NCBI GenBank assembly: GCA_964372565.1
Contig: CAYJRH010000002.1
Span: 1-43,360 of the forward strand
Direction: 5' to 3'
Source: an uncultured archaeon
GTDB lineage: Archaea > Iainarchaeota > Iainarchaeia > Iainarchaeales > Iainarchaeaceae
Length of the DNA: 43,360 bases
The notes under the pieces are model-generated. The model saw only the letters and a program-made list of their open reading frames with translations, ran no database searches and was not told the origin of the DNA. The translations under genes were made by a program, and so were the position numbers. Every line of letters starts with the position of its first letter. Within the stretch, counting starts at the first letter, position 1. Of the stretch, positions 1 through 8,723 are shown piece by piece.

Positions 1-82
1 GCAAAGCAAGCTGCTTGACAGCGTTTACCACCAGAGAAGGATAACCGGCTACCTGTGAAAGTTTTTATACTAATTATGCCTT

Positions 83-1231
83 ATGGGGTCCATGGGCAAA
101 AAGTCCGGCGTGGGCGGCCAAGGGGCGCTCCAGTACCTTCTCCTCATTGGAGGGGCGGTGGCCGTTGCGGCGTTAGTTGTCAGTGCGCTGATGAATGTGT
201 CGATTTCCGGAAGCAGCGGCAAGCCCAGCGCTGTTGCGGGCAACATGTGCACCAAGGCTGCCCTGGTTGACCAGTGCAAAAATTGCCAGTATACAGGTGC
301 GCCCAATTGCACAACAGCAAGGACTCTTAAGATTGGCGCCGCAGAGTTTACATGCACCGGGCCCTACCCGAATTGCATTGCCGAACAATGCGTTTCAGGT
401 TCCCTATGCACCTCCTTCACTTATTCCGATTTTGGGCCATGCGTGTCTGGTTCGCAATCAAGGACTTTACTTTCAAGTTCACCGTGCGGCTGCACCGGAG
501 GAACCCCGGCATTGACACAGGCCTGCTCTACTAACCCGCCTTCGGTATCCCTGGCCTCGCCCGCAAACAACAGCAACCATCTGGTTAGCACTAGTATCCC
601 CATTAACGCCACCGCTTCAGACGCCGATGGCACGATAACCAAGGTTGAGTTTTATCAGGATGCTGCTTTGCTGGGTACCGACCTGACGTCTCCATACTCT
701 TTGACTTGGCTGCCTATCGTTGAGGGAACTTATTCTCTTACCGCAAAGGCGTATGATGACGGTGCGAATGTTGCGACGTCGGGCGCGGTTACGGTGAACG
801 TGCTTTCCAATATGCCTCCTACGGTGTCCATAACTCTCCCCGCCGAAGGCGCAAATTATTACGCCCCGGCTTCAGTAATAATAACCGCGGCTGCATCGGA
901 CAGCGGCGGCACAATAAGCAAGGTCGAGTTTTACGCGGATTCAACGCTCCTTTCAACAGACACAGTTTCGCCTTACGTATTCGTTTGGATTGTTGCATCT
1001 GAAGGCGATTACCAGATTAACGCAATAGCATACGACAATGGCGGCGCATCAGCAACTTCAGGCTACAGAAACATTACAGTTAACGAATCATTATGCGGAA
1101 CCCCATCCGAAGAGTGCGACCCTTCACTGTTCCCTATGAGTTGCTCTGAATGGAGTGGCGAGTGCTGGGGTGGCGGAGTTAGTTGTGATGACGGGTGCCG
1201 TCTAGACAGTTCAAGCTGCACATGCGCCTAA
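83..1231 (+). CDS. membrane-anchored/secreted Cys-rich surface protein with two tandem Ig-like (Big_7-type) repeats
   Basis: N-terminal hydrophobic helix (LQYLLLIGGAVAVAALVVSAL). Two ~85-aa internal repeats share GTI[TS]KVEFY.D..LL.TD..SPY..W.....G.Y...A.AYD.G....TSG. Cys-rich N- and C-terminal segments. TATA-like tttttatac just upstream. Confidence 0.6.
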   Translation: MGSMGKKSGVGGQGALQYLLLIGGAVAVAALVVSALMNVSISGSSGKPSAVAGNMCTKAALVDQCKNCQYTGAPNCTTARTLKIGAAEFTCTGPYPNCIAEQCVSGSLCTSFTYSDFGPCVSGSQSRTLLSSSPCGCTGGTPALTQACSTNPPSVSLASPANNSNHLVSTSIPINATASDADGTITKVEFYQDAALLGTDLTSPYSLTWLPIVEGTYSLTAKAYDDGANVATSGAVTVNVLSNMPPTVSITLPAEGANYYAPASVIITAAASDSGGTISKVEFYADSTLLSTDTVSPYVFVWIVASEGDYQINAIAYDNGGASATSGYRNITVNESLCGTPSEECDPSLFPMSCSEWSGECWGGGVSCDDGCRLDSSSCTCA

Positions 1232-1255
1232 TCGGCGCATTTATTTTCCCAAATC

Positions 1256-3544
1256 CTATTTCCTGTATTTGAGGAACTGCGCCAGCAGCGCCTCCAGCTG
1301 CACCCTTTCATTCGCGCCTTCCACCATGCGGAAATTGTATTCGCCGATTTTGTCAATCAGCTCGATTTTGATTTTCCCCGGCACTTCATTCTCGTCCATG
1401 TCAATCATCTCGCGGTGCAGCTGGAGCACGACATCCTCGCCTGACATGCCGTATTCATACATGAGCTTCTCGAGCAGCGCCCGTGCTTCGAGGAATTTCC
1501 CAGAGAGGGCCTCGCGTATCATGAGCTTCACTTCCTCGGGCCTCGCGCGGGCGCTCACTTCGTAAACCGTCTTCTCGGAAACCGCGCCGCCCGAAGAGGA
1601 GGCCGCCTGCAGCACGTTTATCGCCTTCCTCAAATCCCCCTGGCACACGTATACCACGGCCTTTACAGCGCCGTCGTCAACCTGAACGCCCTCCTTTTTT
1701 GCGACATCCTTCACCCTTGCCTCGATGTCCTTCGAGGAAAGCTGCGAGAACCTGAACACGACGCACCTCGACTGTATGGGCTCGATGATTTTGCTGGAAT
1801 AGTTCGCGCTCAGGACGAACCTGCACGTGCGCGAGTACCTCTCCATTGTCCTCCTAAGGGCCTGCTGCGCGTCAAACGTGAGCGCGTCGCTCTCGTCAAG
1901 GAAAATGATTTTGAAGCCCCGGTCGAACGCAAGTGTGCGGGCGAAGTTCTTTATCGTGTCGCGCACGACGTCAATCCCGCGGTCATCGCTGTTGTGCAGG
2001 AGTAGGGGAACCGTTCCTCCGAAAAACATCTGGCTTTCAGGAACGGAAAAGTCATACACCCAATCATCGTATCCTGATATTTGCACATTTTTTACCTTTG
2101 TCCCGAAGAGGCCAGACTGTGCCGCCTGCACAAGTTTTGAAAATTTGGCTCTTTTTGCTATCGGCTGATTTTGGATAAATTCAATTATTTTGCTTTTGAG
2201 GATTCTTTTTGATTTTTTATGGTATAACGAGTGTCTGAACTCATAGTAATAGTTTATTCCTTCCCTTTCAAACGCATTGGTAAATGGTTCGCTTGGCATT
2301 AGATTTGCCTTAATTGCCTTATAGTTCTTCCCTTCCCATACTATGCGCAATTCCCTATTATAGAGCGCGACATTTAGCCCGCATGTCATTGCTAGCCATG
2401 CAATGTCAATGAGGTTTTCCTGTGAAGTTGAGGAGTATCTTACGTATTTTCCCCATTCACCCCACGCGTCTCCCATGTAGCCTTTAAGGAAACTTATCCT
2501 TTTCTCCAGAGGCGCATTAAACATGAATCCAGGCACTCTTTTTGTCGTAGCCCTTCTTTTCACATTCCCCCCATAAAAGTTTTCCTTGAAAAATTTTGCA
2601 AACTGCGTATTGAACGTCGCCACCTGTATTGACGATTCCTTCTTCCTGTCAAACCCGGATTTTCCTAGGCTATATTTGGTTTTGAGCGAAAACTTTCTTG
2701 CCAATATTTCCGAAATTCTTTCCGCCACCGGTTTTTCTTTTGGGTACGCAAGTGTAAAAATAGTTACGCCACTTGAGCCTTTCCTGTTGAATGACGCACA
2801 CCCTTCTGCAAGGTAGAGTCCACAAAGCCACGCAAAATCGTCGTCCATGCTAATTTGCCCAAGTTTAAGCGTTATTTTCGGATTTGGTATCATGCCGCTC
2901 CGCAGTAAATTCGCTTCCTTTAGCGGGTATTCATTGAAGTCTATTACCTGCTCTTTTGCGGTTTCAACTTCCTGATTGAAGGACAAGAGCACATCATCCT
3001 TTTTCACGTCTTTGCATTCTTTTCCCGCCAGATTTCCGTGGGAGTCAAGCACTATAACCGAATGGTTCAGGCTGGTTTTTACTTCCCCGCCCTCAAAAAC
3101 AATCCTTGCTATTTTGCCGACTTTATGTCTGGAGATTAGGCTCACCGGCATAAATTTTATTGCATAATTTTTGTCAATTGAAAGTGTTTCGAGTTTTTCA
3201 GGGAATGAATAGCCTTCACTTCCCTGGAAATATTTTTTGGCTATTTCAGAGAATGTTGTCCGGCTTATTCTCCCGTTCTCACGCACGAGCACTGGCGTAT
3301 CCCCAGTCACGCTCGCGTTAAGCTCAAGGAAATTCTGCTGGAAATTTTCGCCGAACATTTCGCGCGCAAGCGCCACTGCGCTGCTGGTCTTGCCCACCCC
3401 TGCCTGCCCCGCAAAAAGGAGGTTTGGCATTGTCCTGTTCTTGACATAGTTCTCGAGGCGGCCGGTTATTTCCTTCTGGCCGACGACATCGGAGAGCCTC
3501 TCGGGCCTGTATTTTTCTATCCATGGCAGCTCTATCTGGGCCAT
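1256..3544 (-). CDS. rfcS: replication factor C small subunit, interrupted by one intein
   Basis: MAQIELPWIEKYRPERLSDVVGQ, P-loop GQAGVGKTS, ELNA|..|SDDRGI, Walker B IIFLDESDAL, SRC motif (IQSRCVVFRF). The ORF track starts at 3562, but the second ATG at 3544 gives the canonical N-terminus. Exteins total about 321 aa. Confidence 0.93.
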   Translation of the reverse strand: MAQIELPWIEKYRPERLSDVVGQKEITGRLENYVKNRTMPNLLFAGQAGVGKTSSAVALAREMFGENFQQNFLELNASVTGDTPVLVRENGRISRTTFSEIAKKYFQGSEGYSFPEKLETLSIDKNYAIKFMPVSLISRHKVGKIARIVFEGGEVKTSLNHSVIVLDSHGNLAGKECKDVKKDDVLLSFNQEVETAKEQVIDFNEYPLKEANLLRSGMIPNPKITLKLGQISMDDDFAWLCGLYLAEGCASFNRKGSSGVTIFTLAYPKEKPVAERISEILARKFSLKTKYSLGKSGFDRKKESSIQVATFNTQFAKFFKENFYGGNVKRRATTKRVPGFMFNAPLEKRISFLKGYMGDAWGEWGKYVRYSSTSQENLIDIAWLAMTCGLNVALYNRELRIVWEGKNYKAIKANLMPSEPFTNAFEREGINYYYEFRHSLYHKKSKRILKSKIIEFIQNQPIAKRAKFSKLVQAAQSGLFGTKVKNVQISGYDDWVYDFSVPESQMFFGGTVPLLLHNSDDRGIDVVRDTIKNFARTLAFDRGFKIIFLDESDALTFDAQQALRRTMERYSRTCRFVLSANYSSKIIEPIQSRCVVFRFSQLSSKDIEARVKDVAKKEGVQVDDGAVKAVVYVCQGDLRKAINVLQAASSSGGAVSEKTVYEVSARARPEEVKLMIREALSGKFLEARALLEKLMYEYGMSGEDVVLQLHREMIDMDENEVPGKIKIELIDKIGEYNFRMVEGANERVQLEALLAQFLKYRK
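1991..3313 (-). mobile_element. intein (441 aa) with LAGLIDADG homing endonuclease domain in rfcS
   Basis: Begins with Ser (SVTGDTPVLV) right after ELNA. Ends ...VPLLLHN followed by +1 Ser, so removal restores ELNA-SDDRGI. LAGLIDADG-type motifs LCGLYLAEGCASF and FLKGYMGDAWGEWG. The segment looks AT-richer than the flanking extein DNA. Confidence 0.9.
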
Positions 3545-3601
3545 GAAAAAACATCGAATCATAATTGTTATAAACCGATTGCGGCACTTTCAGTAGGTTT
3601 T

Positions 3602-4102
3602 ATGGATTCGCGTTCGCTGAAGGTTTTTTTCCTTTTCCTCGCTTCATATGCGCTGCTCTTTTTCCTCGGCAACTTTCTCAGCAAATCTTTGGGAGTAAAG
3701 GCGTGGGACTTCAGCAACGGCATTTGGAGGCTTGACTACATGCTCTGGTTCACCCCAATTGCCGGGTTCTTCTTCATTTACATGCTCATCCCATACCTCC
3801 GCTCGGAGTTCGGGTTCGGCAGGCATTTCATTTACTCCTTCCCTATTTTGTACTTCGTTTTTTCGTTCCTCGCTTACCAGCTTTCTGTCTGGTGGTATTA
3901 TGGGAACCAGCTGTTCCTCGCAACCAACGGCACATATGCTGGATGCGCGCTTTTCCTTTGCATCGACGTTTCGCCATTCGGCCTCAATTACTGGAACATG
4001 TTTGTGCAGTCGCAGTACCTTTACTTTGTCGTCGCCGGCGTGCTCGGCTGGGGCGCGAGGATGCTTATTGAATATTTCGAGCCTCCCGCAGAGGCGAAAT
4101 AA
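3602..4102 (+). CDS. hypothetical multi-pass membrane protein
   Basis: 166-aa ORF with 4-5 hydrophobic helices and aromatic-rich loops. No recognisable catalytic motif. Confidence 0.5.
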   Translation: MDSRSLKVFFLFLASYALLFFLGNFLSKSLGVKAWDFSNGIWRLDYMLWFTPIAGFFFIYMLIPYLRSEFGFGRHFIYSFPILYFVFSFLAYQLSVWWYYGNQLFLATNGTYAGCALFLCIDVSPFGLNYWNMFVQSQYLYFVVAGVLGWGARMLIEYFEPPAEAK

Positions 4103-4248
4103 CAGGAATATGCCCATTTGTTCAGTTCACTGCCGAGAGGCATCTTGCAAAGCAGTGCTTTGCGAGGCCTCCCAGAACTTTGTTCTGGGAAGGTGCCCGG
4201 AATCGCTTTTTTAATCCTTTCAGGGCCTTTTTCTTACTGGTTTTTCGG

Positions 4249-4986
4249 ATGGAATACCTGCACTCTGTAAGGGCTTACCTCGGCAATCTTCCCAGCGCGC
4301 TGGCGTTCGCCCTGTTGCTTGTTTTCGCCCTTCCTTTCGCCTGGATTTCCAATGCCATTGTTTCTTCGGGAACCGTGCTCATAGGCTACGGTTTCCTGAA
4401 GCAGCCGCTCCTCGAAATCATTCTGCTTCTCTGCCTCACCCTCGCCTTCCTCTTCTTTTACTCGGTAATAGTGTGCGTCATGGTCCTTGCCGTGCGCCGC
4501 GACCTGAGTTCAGTCAAAACCAATTACTATTTGAGGGAGAAGGTGCAGAAGTTCGGCCTCAAATACTTCAGGTTCCTCGCCATTTTCACCATAATAGCGG
4601 CGGTTGCAGCGACACTCCTTCTTGAGATTGGAGTCCCGCTCGCGCTCGTGAACCTTGCCCTGCTGCTGGTTTCGGCCTCGTTCATTTTCCTTCCGCAGGC
4701 AATCGTCGTTGACGAGGAGGGCCTTGCCGCATCCGTCCTCTCAAACTGGGACTTCATAATCAAGAATCCGGGAACGTTCCTCCTTGTTTCGGCTTTCGGG
4801 GCTGTAACTCTTCTGCTCCTGCAGCTCCTGGAATATTTGGCGGATTATTTCCTTTTTGCCGGCAGCTACCTCTCGCTCCTGATTGCGCTTGTTGTGCTCG
4901 TGCCTTTTTTCGAGGCATTGAAGACGCAGGTGTACATGGAAAGGTTCTCCCTCATCAGCAGCTACGAGCACTTCACAAACCGCTGA
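4249..4986 (+). CDS. hypothetical multi-pass membrane protein
   Basis: Hydrophobic helices run through the whole ORF. The ORF track starts at a TTG (4180). The first ATG is at 4249 (MEYLHSVRAY), with an A/T-rich box about 35 nt upstream. Confidence 0.5.
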   Translation: MEYLHSVRAYLGNLPSALAFALLLVFALPFAWISNAIVSSGTVLIGYGFLKQPLLEIILLLCLTLAFLFFYSVIVCVMVLAVRRDLSSVKTNYYLREKVQKFGLKYFRFLAIFTIIAAVAATLLLEIGVPLALVNLALLLVSASFIFLPQAIVVDEEGLAASVLSNWDFIIKNPGTFLLVSAFGAVTLLLLQLLEYLADYFLFAGSYLSLLIALVVLVPFFEALKTQVYMERFSLISSYEHFTNR

Positions 4987-5017
4987 TTTTTCGCAGGGAC
5001 AAAATATATATCTGCGC

Positions 5018-6628
5018 TCATTTCTGTTCAGTGTTTTGCCGCTGCGGCGCAAATTCAACGAACGGGCATTCCTCGAGAAGCGCCTCGGCTTCCTTCAGGC
5101 TTGACGCCGCGTAGGCAAAGGCAAAAGCCTTCCTCGCCTTTGCCCCGGCTTTGAGAAGCATATTTTTGCTTTCATCGTGCAGTTCCTTGACGCCGAACCT
5201 CCTTGCAACAGCATCATCCCCCAATGCGGAAACCGCCAACCCGCGGCCATGGAAAGCATTGATTATTTCAGTTGCCGCCGAAGGCGGGTCATCCTGCCTG
5301 ATCGCAAGCGCGGCCTGCCAAAGCCCTGAAAGGAACGCGGCGCCTTCCGTTTCTGCCTCCATCCATTTTTCAAAATACGGCCTCTTCGAGAGGCAATCCA
5401 TTTTTTTTGCAACTATTTCTGTTGCCAATCCTGCAATTTCTTCAACCATGGGGGAAAACTTCTCCTCCCTTCCGAGCGCCTGTTCAGCAACTTTCCGCAG
5501 GTTGACTCCAACAGGCTGGGAAATCCCGTGCTTTTCGCCCGCGTACAGCGCGTTGCCGAAAACGCACTGCCCGCTTCGCATGCCATTTGAAATCAAAACC
5601 CCTGAAGAAAGGCTTTTCCTTTCGATGAGCTTGAGCTGGTATTTCGACTCCAGGGAAAGATAAGGCTGCAAAAAGGCCTTTCGGTCTCCGAGCATGCAAT
5701 TTGCGAACCACATTGCCGCGGATTTCCGGTTGCCGTAGTCCTCCCAGCGCTCGTCAACATAAAGTGCGAGTTCAGCGGGCCGCGGCTTTCCCGTGAGCGA
5801 AAAAATTTTCCCGAAATAATCGCATGCGCCCTTCACTTTTTTCTTCGTGGGCTTTGAGGCGGAAACGCAGGAGAAGTTGAGCGCCCTCAGCGTCAGCGGC
5901 TCGGTGCACAGCGCGTCATTTTTTTTGGCTTCAAGCGCAATGTCCTCCGCGTTTCCTGGCACGAAGCGCGAAGCGGCAAATATCCTGGATGAGAAGTCAT
6001 GGGCGGCGAAGATGTGGATGGCTCCCTCGAAATGCAGCTGCCTCGCCTTCTGCGGTATTTCCGCGAGCCAATTGTATTCGGACAGAATCTCCTCATTCTC
6101 GAACATTCCCGCTGAGAGCTTCCTCCGGACTTCATAAACCGGCATCCCTATTCTCGCGTACTGCGAATGCACGGGCTCGTGCCCGTACTCCAGCAGCTTT
6201 ACGTTCACCATTTCGCGTATGATGTGCGTGTTCAGGTACTCGAGCTTCATGTCCTTGATTTTCCCCTCGACTTCGGAGCCTATTTTTTCCGCGACATGCC
6301 TGCTGACAACGGTCTCCTTCAGCAGCGACTTGATTATGTTGCCCCTGTCGAATGGCTCGAGCTTCTGGGCGGAAGTGTAAACACGCATCCTCTCAAAAGA
6401 GCTGAAGGTCTTCGCGGCTTCGGGGTTGAGCGCAGAGAGCATCTCCGAAGCCTTCCGCCTCAGCTGCTGTTCCGTAATTTCGGCGCCCTCAAGGCCCTTC
6501 AGGATTTTCAGGGCCTGCCACTTTGTCGCGCCGCTTTCCTGCAATTCAAAGGCAATCTGCTGCAGGCTTTCCCTTATCTGGTTCCCTTTGTCCACGCCAA
6601 TAAAGGGGGCACAAAAATTCTTAACCAT
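5018..6628 (-). CDS. ATP-cone domain protein with class III ribonucleotide reductase (NrdD)-like region, apparently lacking the glycyl-radical C-terminus
   Basis: ATP-cone-like stretch (LEPFDRGNIIKSLLKETVVSRHVAEKIG...IIREMVNVKLLEYGH). NrdD-like segments LHFEGAIHIFAAHDF (compare ..G.IH.HDLDY) and GVNLRKVAEQALG (compare ..SLNLPRIALEA). No RVCGY-type glycyl radical motif or C-terminal zinc ribbon seen. First ATG at 6628; the ORF-track start at 6646 is GTG. Confidence 0.5.
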   Translation of the reverse strand: MVKNFCAPFIGVDKGNQIRESLQQIAFELQESGATKWQALKILKGLEGAEITEQQLRRKASEMLSALNPEAAKTFSSFERMRVYTSAQKLEPFDRGNIIKSLLKETVVSRHVAEKIGSEVEGKIKDMKLEYLNTHIIREMVNVKLLEYGHEPVHSQYARIGMPVYEVRRKLSAGMFENEEILSEYNWLAEIPQKARQLHFEGAIHIFAAHDFSSRIFAASRFVPGNAEDIALEAKKNDALCTEPLTLRALNFSCVSASKPTKKKVKGACDYFGKIFSLTGKPRPAELALYVDERWEDYGNRKSAAMWFANCMLGDRKAFLQPYLSLESKYQLKLIERKSLSSGVLISNGMRSGQCVFGNALYAGEKHGISQPVGVNLRKVAEQALGREEKFSPMVEEIAGLATEIVAKKMDCLSKRPYFEKWMEAETEGAAFLSGLWQAALAIRQDDPPSAATEIINAFHGRGLAVSALGDDAVARRFGVKELHDESKNMLLKAGAKARKAFAFAYAASSLKEAEALLEECPFVEFAPQRQNTEQK

Positions 6629-6706
6629 AGTGAAGCCCCCAAACACGCTTTTTTCGGAAACTTAACTTTTTAATGCTTTTGCGTTCGGAATAGTCTATTC
6701 GGGGGT

Positions 6707-7186
6707 TTGTTTTTGGAAGTTCTGGACAAGATTGACCACAAGATTCTCGGGCTGCTTCTTGAAGACGGGAGGGCCTCATTCAGCGCGATTGCGGGGGAGG
6801 TAAAGCTCACCGACGTTGCAATAAAAAAAAGGGTTGAGCGCCTCAAGCGCCGCGGGATTATAAACTCAATAACCGCCGATTTGAACCTCAAGGCCCTCGG
6901 GTATGAAAACCCTGTTTATGTGCAGATACGCTCCGAGCTTTCAAAGAACCGCGATGTGATAAAGCGCCTATCAGAGCTTGATTACGTGATCGAGCTTTAC
7001 CAGGTCCTCGGCGAGTACAACATTTTTGCGAAGCTTGTAGTCCCCGACCTTGACAGCGCGGAAAAATTCATCGAGCGCCTCGGCACCCTTGACGGCGTCC
7101 TCGACATCAAGACGCTTGTCGTGATTTCCGAAGTGAAGAAATCCAAGGCGCTGCCCGCGTTCTCATTGCAGAAAACCCTAGAATGA
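6707..7186 (+). CDS. Lrp/AsnC family transcriptional regulator
   Basis: LDKIDHKILGLLLEDGRASFSAIAGEVKLTDVAIKKRVERLKRRGII wHTH followed by an AsnC-type ligand domain. TTG start, no ATG available. Confidence 0.85.
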   Translation: MFLEVLDKIDHKILGLLLEDGRASFSAIAGEVKLTDVAIKKRVERLKRRGIINSITADLNLKALGYENPVYVQIRSELSKNRDVIKRLSELDYVIELYQVLGEYNIFAKLVVPDLDSAEKFIERLGTLDGVLDIKTLVVISEVKKSKALPAFSLQKTLE

Positions 7187-7257
7187 GTCCGGTAAATTCA
7201 GGCCCATCGAACTTATAGATTTAAATTCTGCGGACGTGCAGTTATATTTGTGGTGTC

Positions 7258-7473
7258 ATGGAATACAAGGTCGTTCTGACAAGGGATTCGGAAACAAAAT
7301 GGTATGTTGTCGAGGTTCCGAATTTGCCCGGTTGCATTTCGCAGGGTAAAACAAAAGCCGAGGCGCTGGTGAACATAAAAGACGCGATATCCGGCTATCT
7401 TGGAAGCGTCCGGAAGCATCCCGAAGAAAGGATTTACGGGAAAACGATTGAAATAGAATCCGTCTCAGTCTAA
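7258..7473 (+). CDS. hicB: HicB-family antitoxin (UPF0150)
   Basis: MEYKVVLTRDSETKWYVVEVPNLPGCISQGKTKAEALVNIKDAI is the typical HicB N-domain signature. Adjacent to hicA. Confidence 0.85.
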   Translation: MEYKVVLTRDSETKWYVVEVPNLPGCISQGKTKAEALVNIKDAISGYLGSVRKHPEERIYGKTIEIESVSV

Positions 7474-7498
7474 TAATTTATTCGGGCTTTTTGCATTC

Positions 7499-7720
7499 AT
7501 GAAATTGCCGGTTCTTTCAGGAATAAAAGTCGTGAAGGCATTGTTTGCCATGGGCTTTGAGGTCGACCACCAGGCCGGCAGCCATTTCATTCTAAGGGAA
7601 AACAAAGAGCCTTTCAGGCGCGTAACTGTTCCGAACCATCGGCGAATCGTCCCGGGCACGCTTCTCTCAATTCTCAGGCAAGCCGGCATTTCGCGCGATG
7701 AGTTCATCCGCCTGCTGTAA
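7499..7720 (+). CDS. hicA: HicA-family mRNA interferase toxin
   Basis: LSGIKVVKALFAMGFEVDHQAGSHFILRE....VTVPNHRRIVPGTLLSILRQAGISRDEF is the typical YcfA/HicA fold signature. Confidence 0.85.
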   Translation: MKLPVLSGIKVVKALFAMGFEVDHQAGSHFILRENKEPFRRVTVPNHRRIVPGTLLSILRQAGISRDEFIRLL

Positions 7721-8327
7721 CCGGATATTTTATGTATCCTGGCTTATCACTTAAGAATGGGTTTGTGTATTCAAAGTACAGCAACACGATATTGGTACCC
7801 GCAGGCTTTTCTATTGCCACCCATCCGCTTGTCTTTTGGCCAGGGTTCAATTGCTTGATAAAACCGAGTATTTTGCCATATTTGTCTGACAATCCTATAG
7901 GTATCGTCCTATCGTATTTTTCTTTTTCAGGGTCTTCCCCATAGATTGATGGAGTGAAAAAGTCTGTATCGTCGCCGGTATTCTTGATTTCAAAGAATGC
8001 CATAAGGTATTCTTTATCGAAATAGGCGTTGTCAGATTTCACAAATTCGGCTTCCTTTAGGGTAATTTCATACTCAGTATTCGTGTATTTTATCTTGTAT
8101 ACTGAGCCGATTTCACCATTTTCAACATTTACATTCGGATTTTTGTTTTCAGTAGTCTGTTCTTTGACCGGATTAACCGTATTTTCCTGCGCAGTGCCTC
8201 CTGTTTCTTTAGGCACGCTTCCAGTATTCGTCGTGGAAACCTTTTCCGCCTTTCCAGAGCATCCGGCGAATGTCAAAAGCACAGCCACCAAAATAATTGC
8301 CGTGCAATTACCGAGTTTAAACTTCAT
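7704..8327 (-). CDS. secreted lipoprotein, DUF4352-like
   Basis: MKFKLGNCTAIILVAVLLTFAGCSG lipobox-type signal, Thr/Asn-rich linker, then a beta-rich domain (YEITLKEAEFV...FFEIKNTGDD...GWVAIE). Confidence 0.55.
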   Translation of the reverse strand: MKFKLGNCTAIILVAVLLTFAGCSGKAEKVSTTNTGSVPKETGGTAQENTVNPVKEQTTENKNPNVNVENGEIGSVYKIKYTNTEYEITLKEAEFVKSDNAYFDKEYLMAFFEIKNTGDDTDFFTPSIYGEDPEKEKYDRTIPIGLSDKYGKILGFIKQLNPGQKTSGWVAIEKPAGTNIVLLYFEYTNPFLSDKPGYIKYPVTAGG

Positions 8328-8421
8328 GCAACCACCATGCAAAAAGATGCTACGAAATTATTATAAAGATGTTATGCTGGTGTTATGACTCGCCTTAAAT
8401 CACTGGCTGGTCATCATATAA

Positions 8422-8664
8422 ATGTACGATGAAATTGCCAAGCTGAAACGAAGCAACACAAAAAAGATGATACTCGGGAAGCTCAACTCGCCAAAAACAC
8501 CGTCCGAACTGGCAAGGGAACTGAACCTTTACCAGTCAAGCGTTTCAAGGAGCCTCATCGAACTCGAAAAGGGAAAATTAGTGAAGTGCATCACCCCAAA
8601 TCAAAAGAATTTCAGGCATTACAAAATAACGCTTAAAGGCAAAGAGCTTCTTAGGGAGCTTTAA
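8422..8664 (+). CDS. small winged-helix transcriptional regulator (ArsR/MarR-like)
   Basis: 80 aa. KTPSELARELNLYQSSVSRSLIELEKGKLVKC HTH plus wing (FRHYKITLKGKELL). Confidence 0.6.
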   Translation: MYDEIAKLKRSNTKKMILGKLNSPKTPSELARELNLYQSSVSRSLIELEKGKLVKCITPNQKNFRHYKITLKGKELLREL

Positions 8665-8723
8665 CAGCGCACCCACACTGCCCACTTTAAATTTTCTTGC
8701 GCTGGTTAAATCACTTGGTAATC

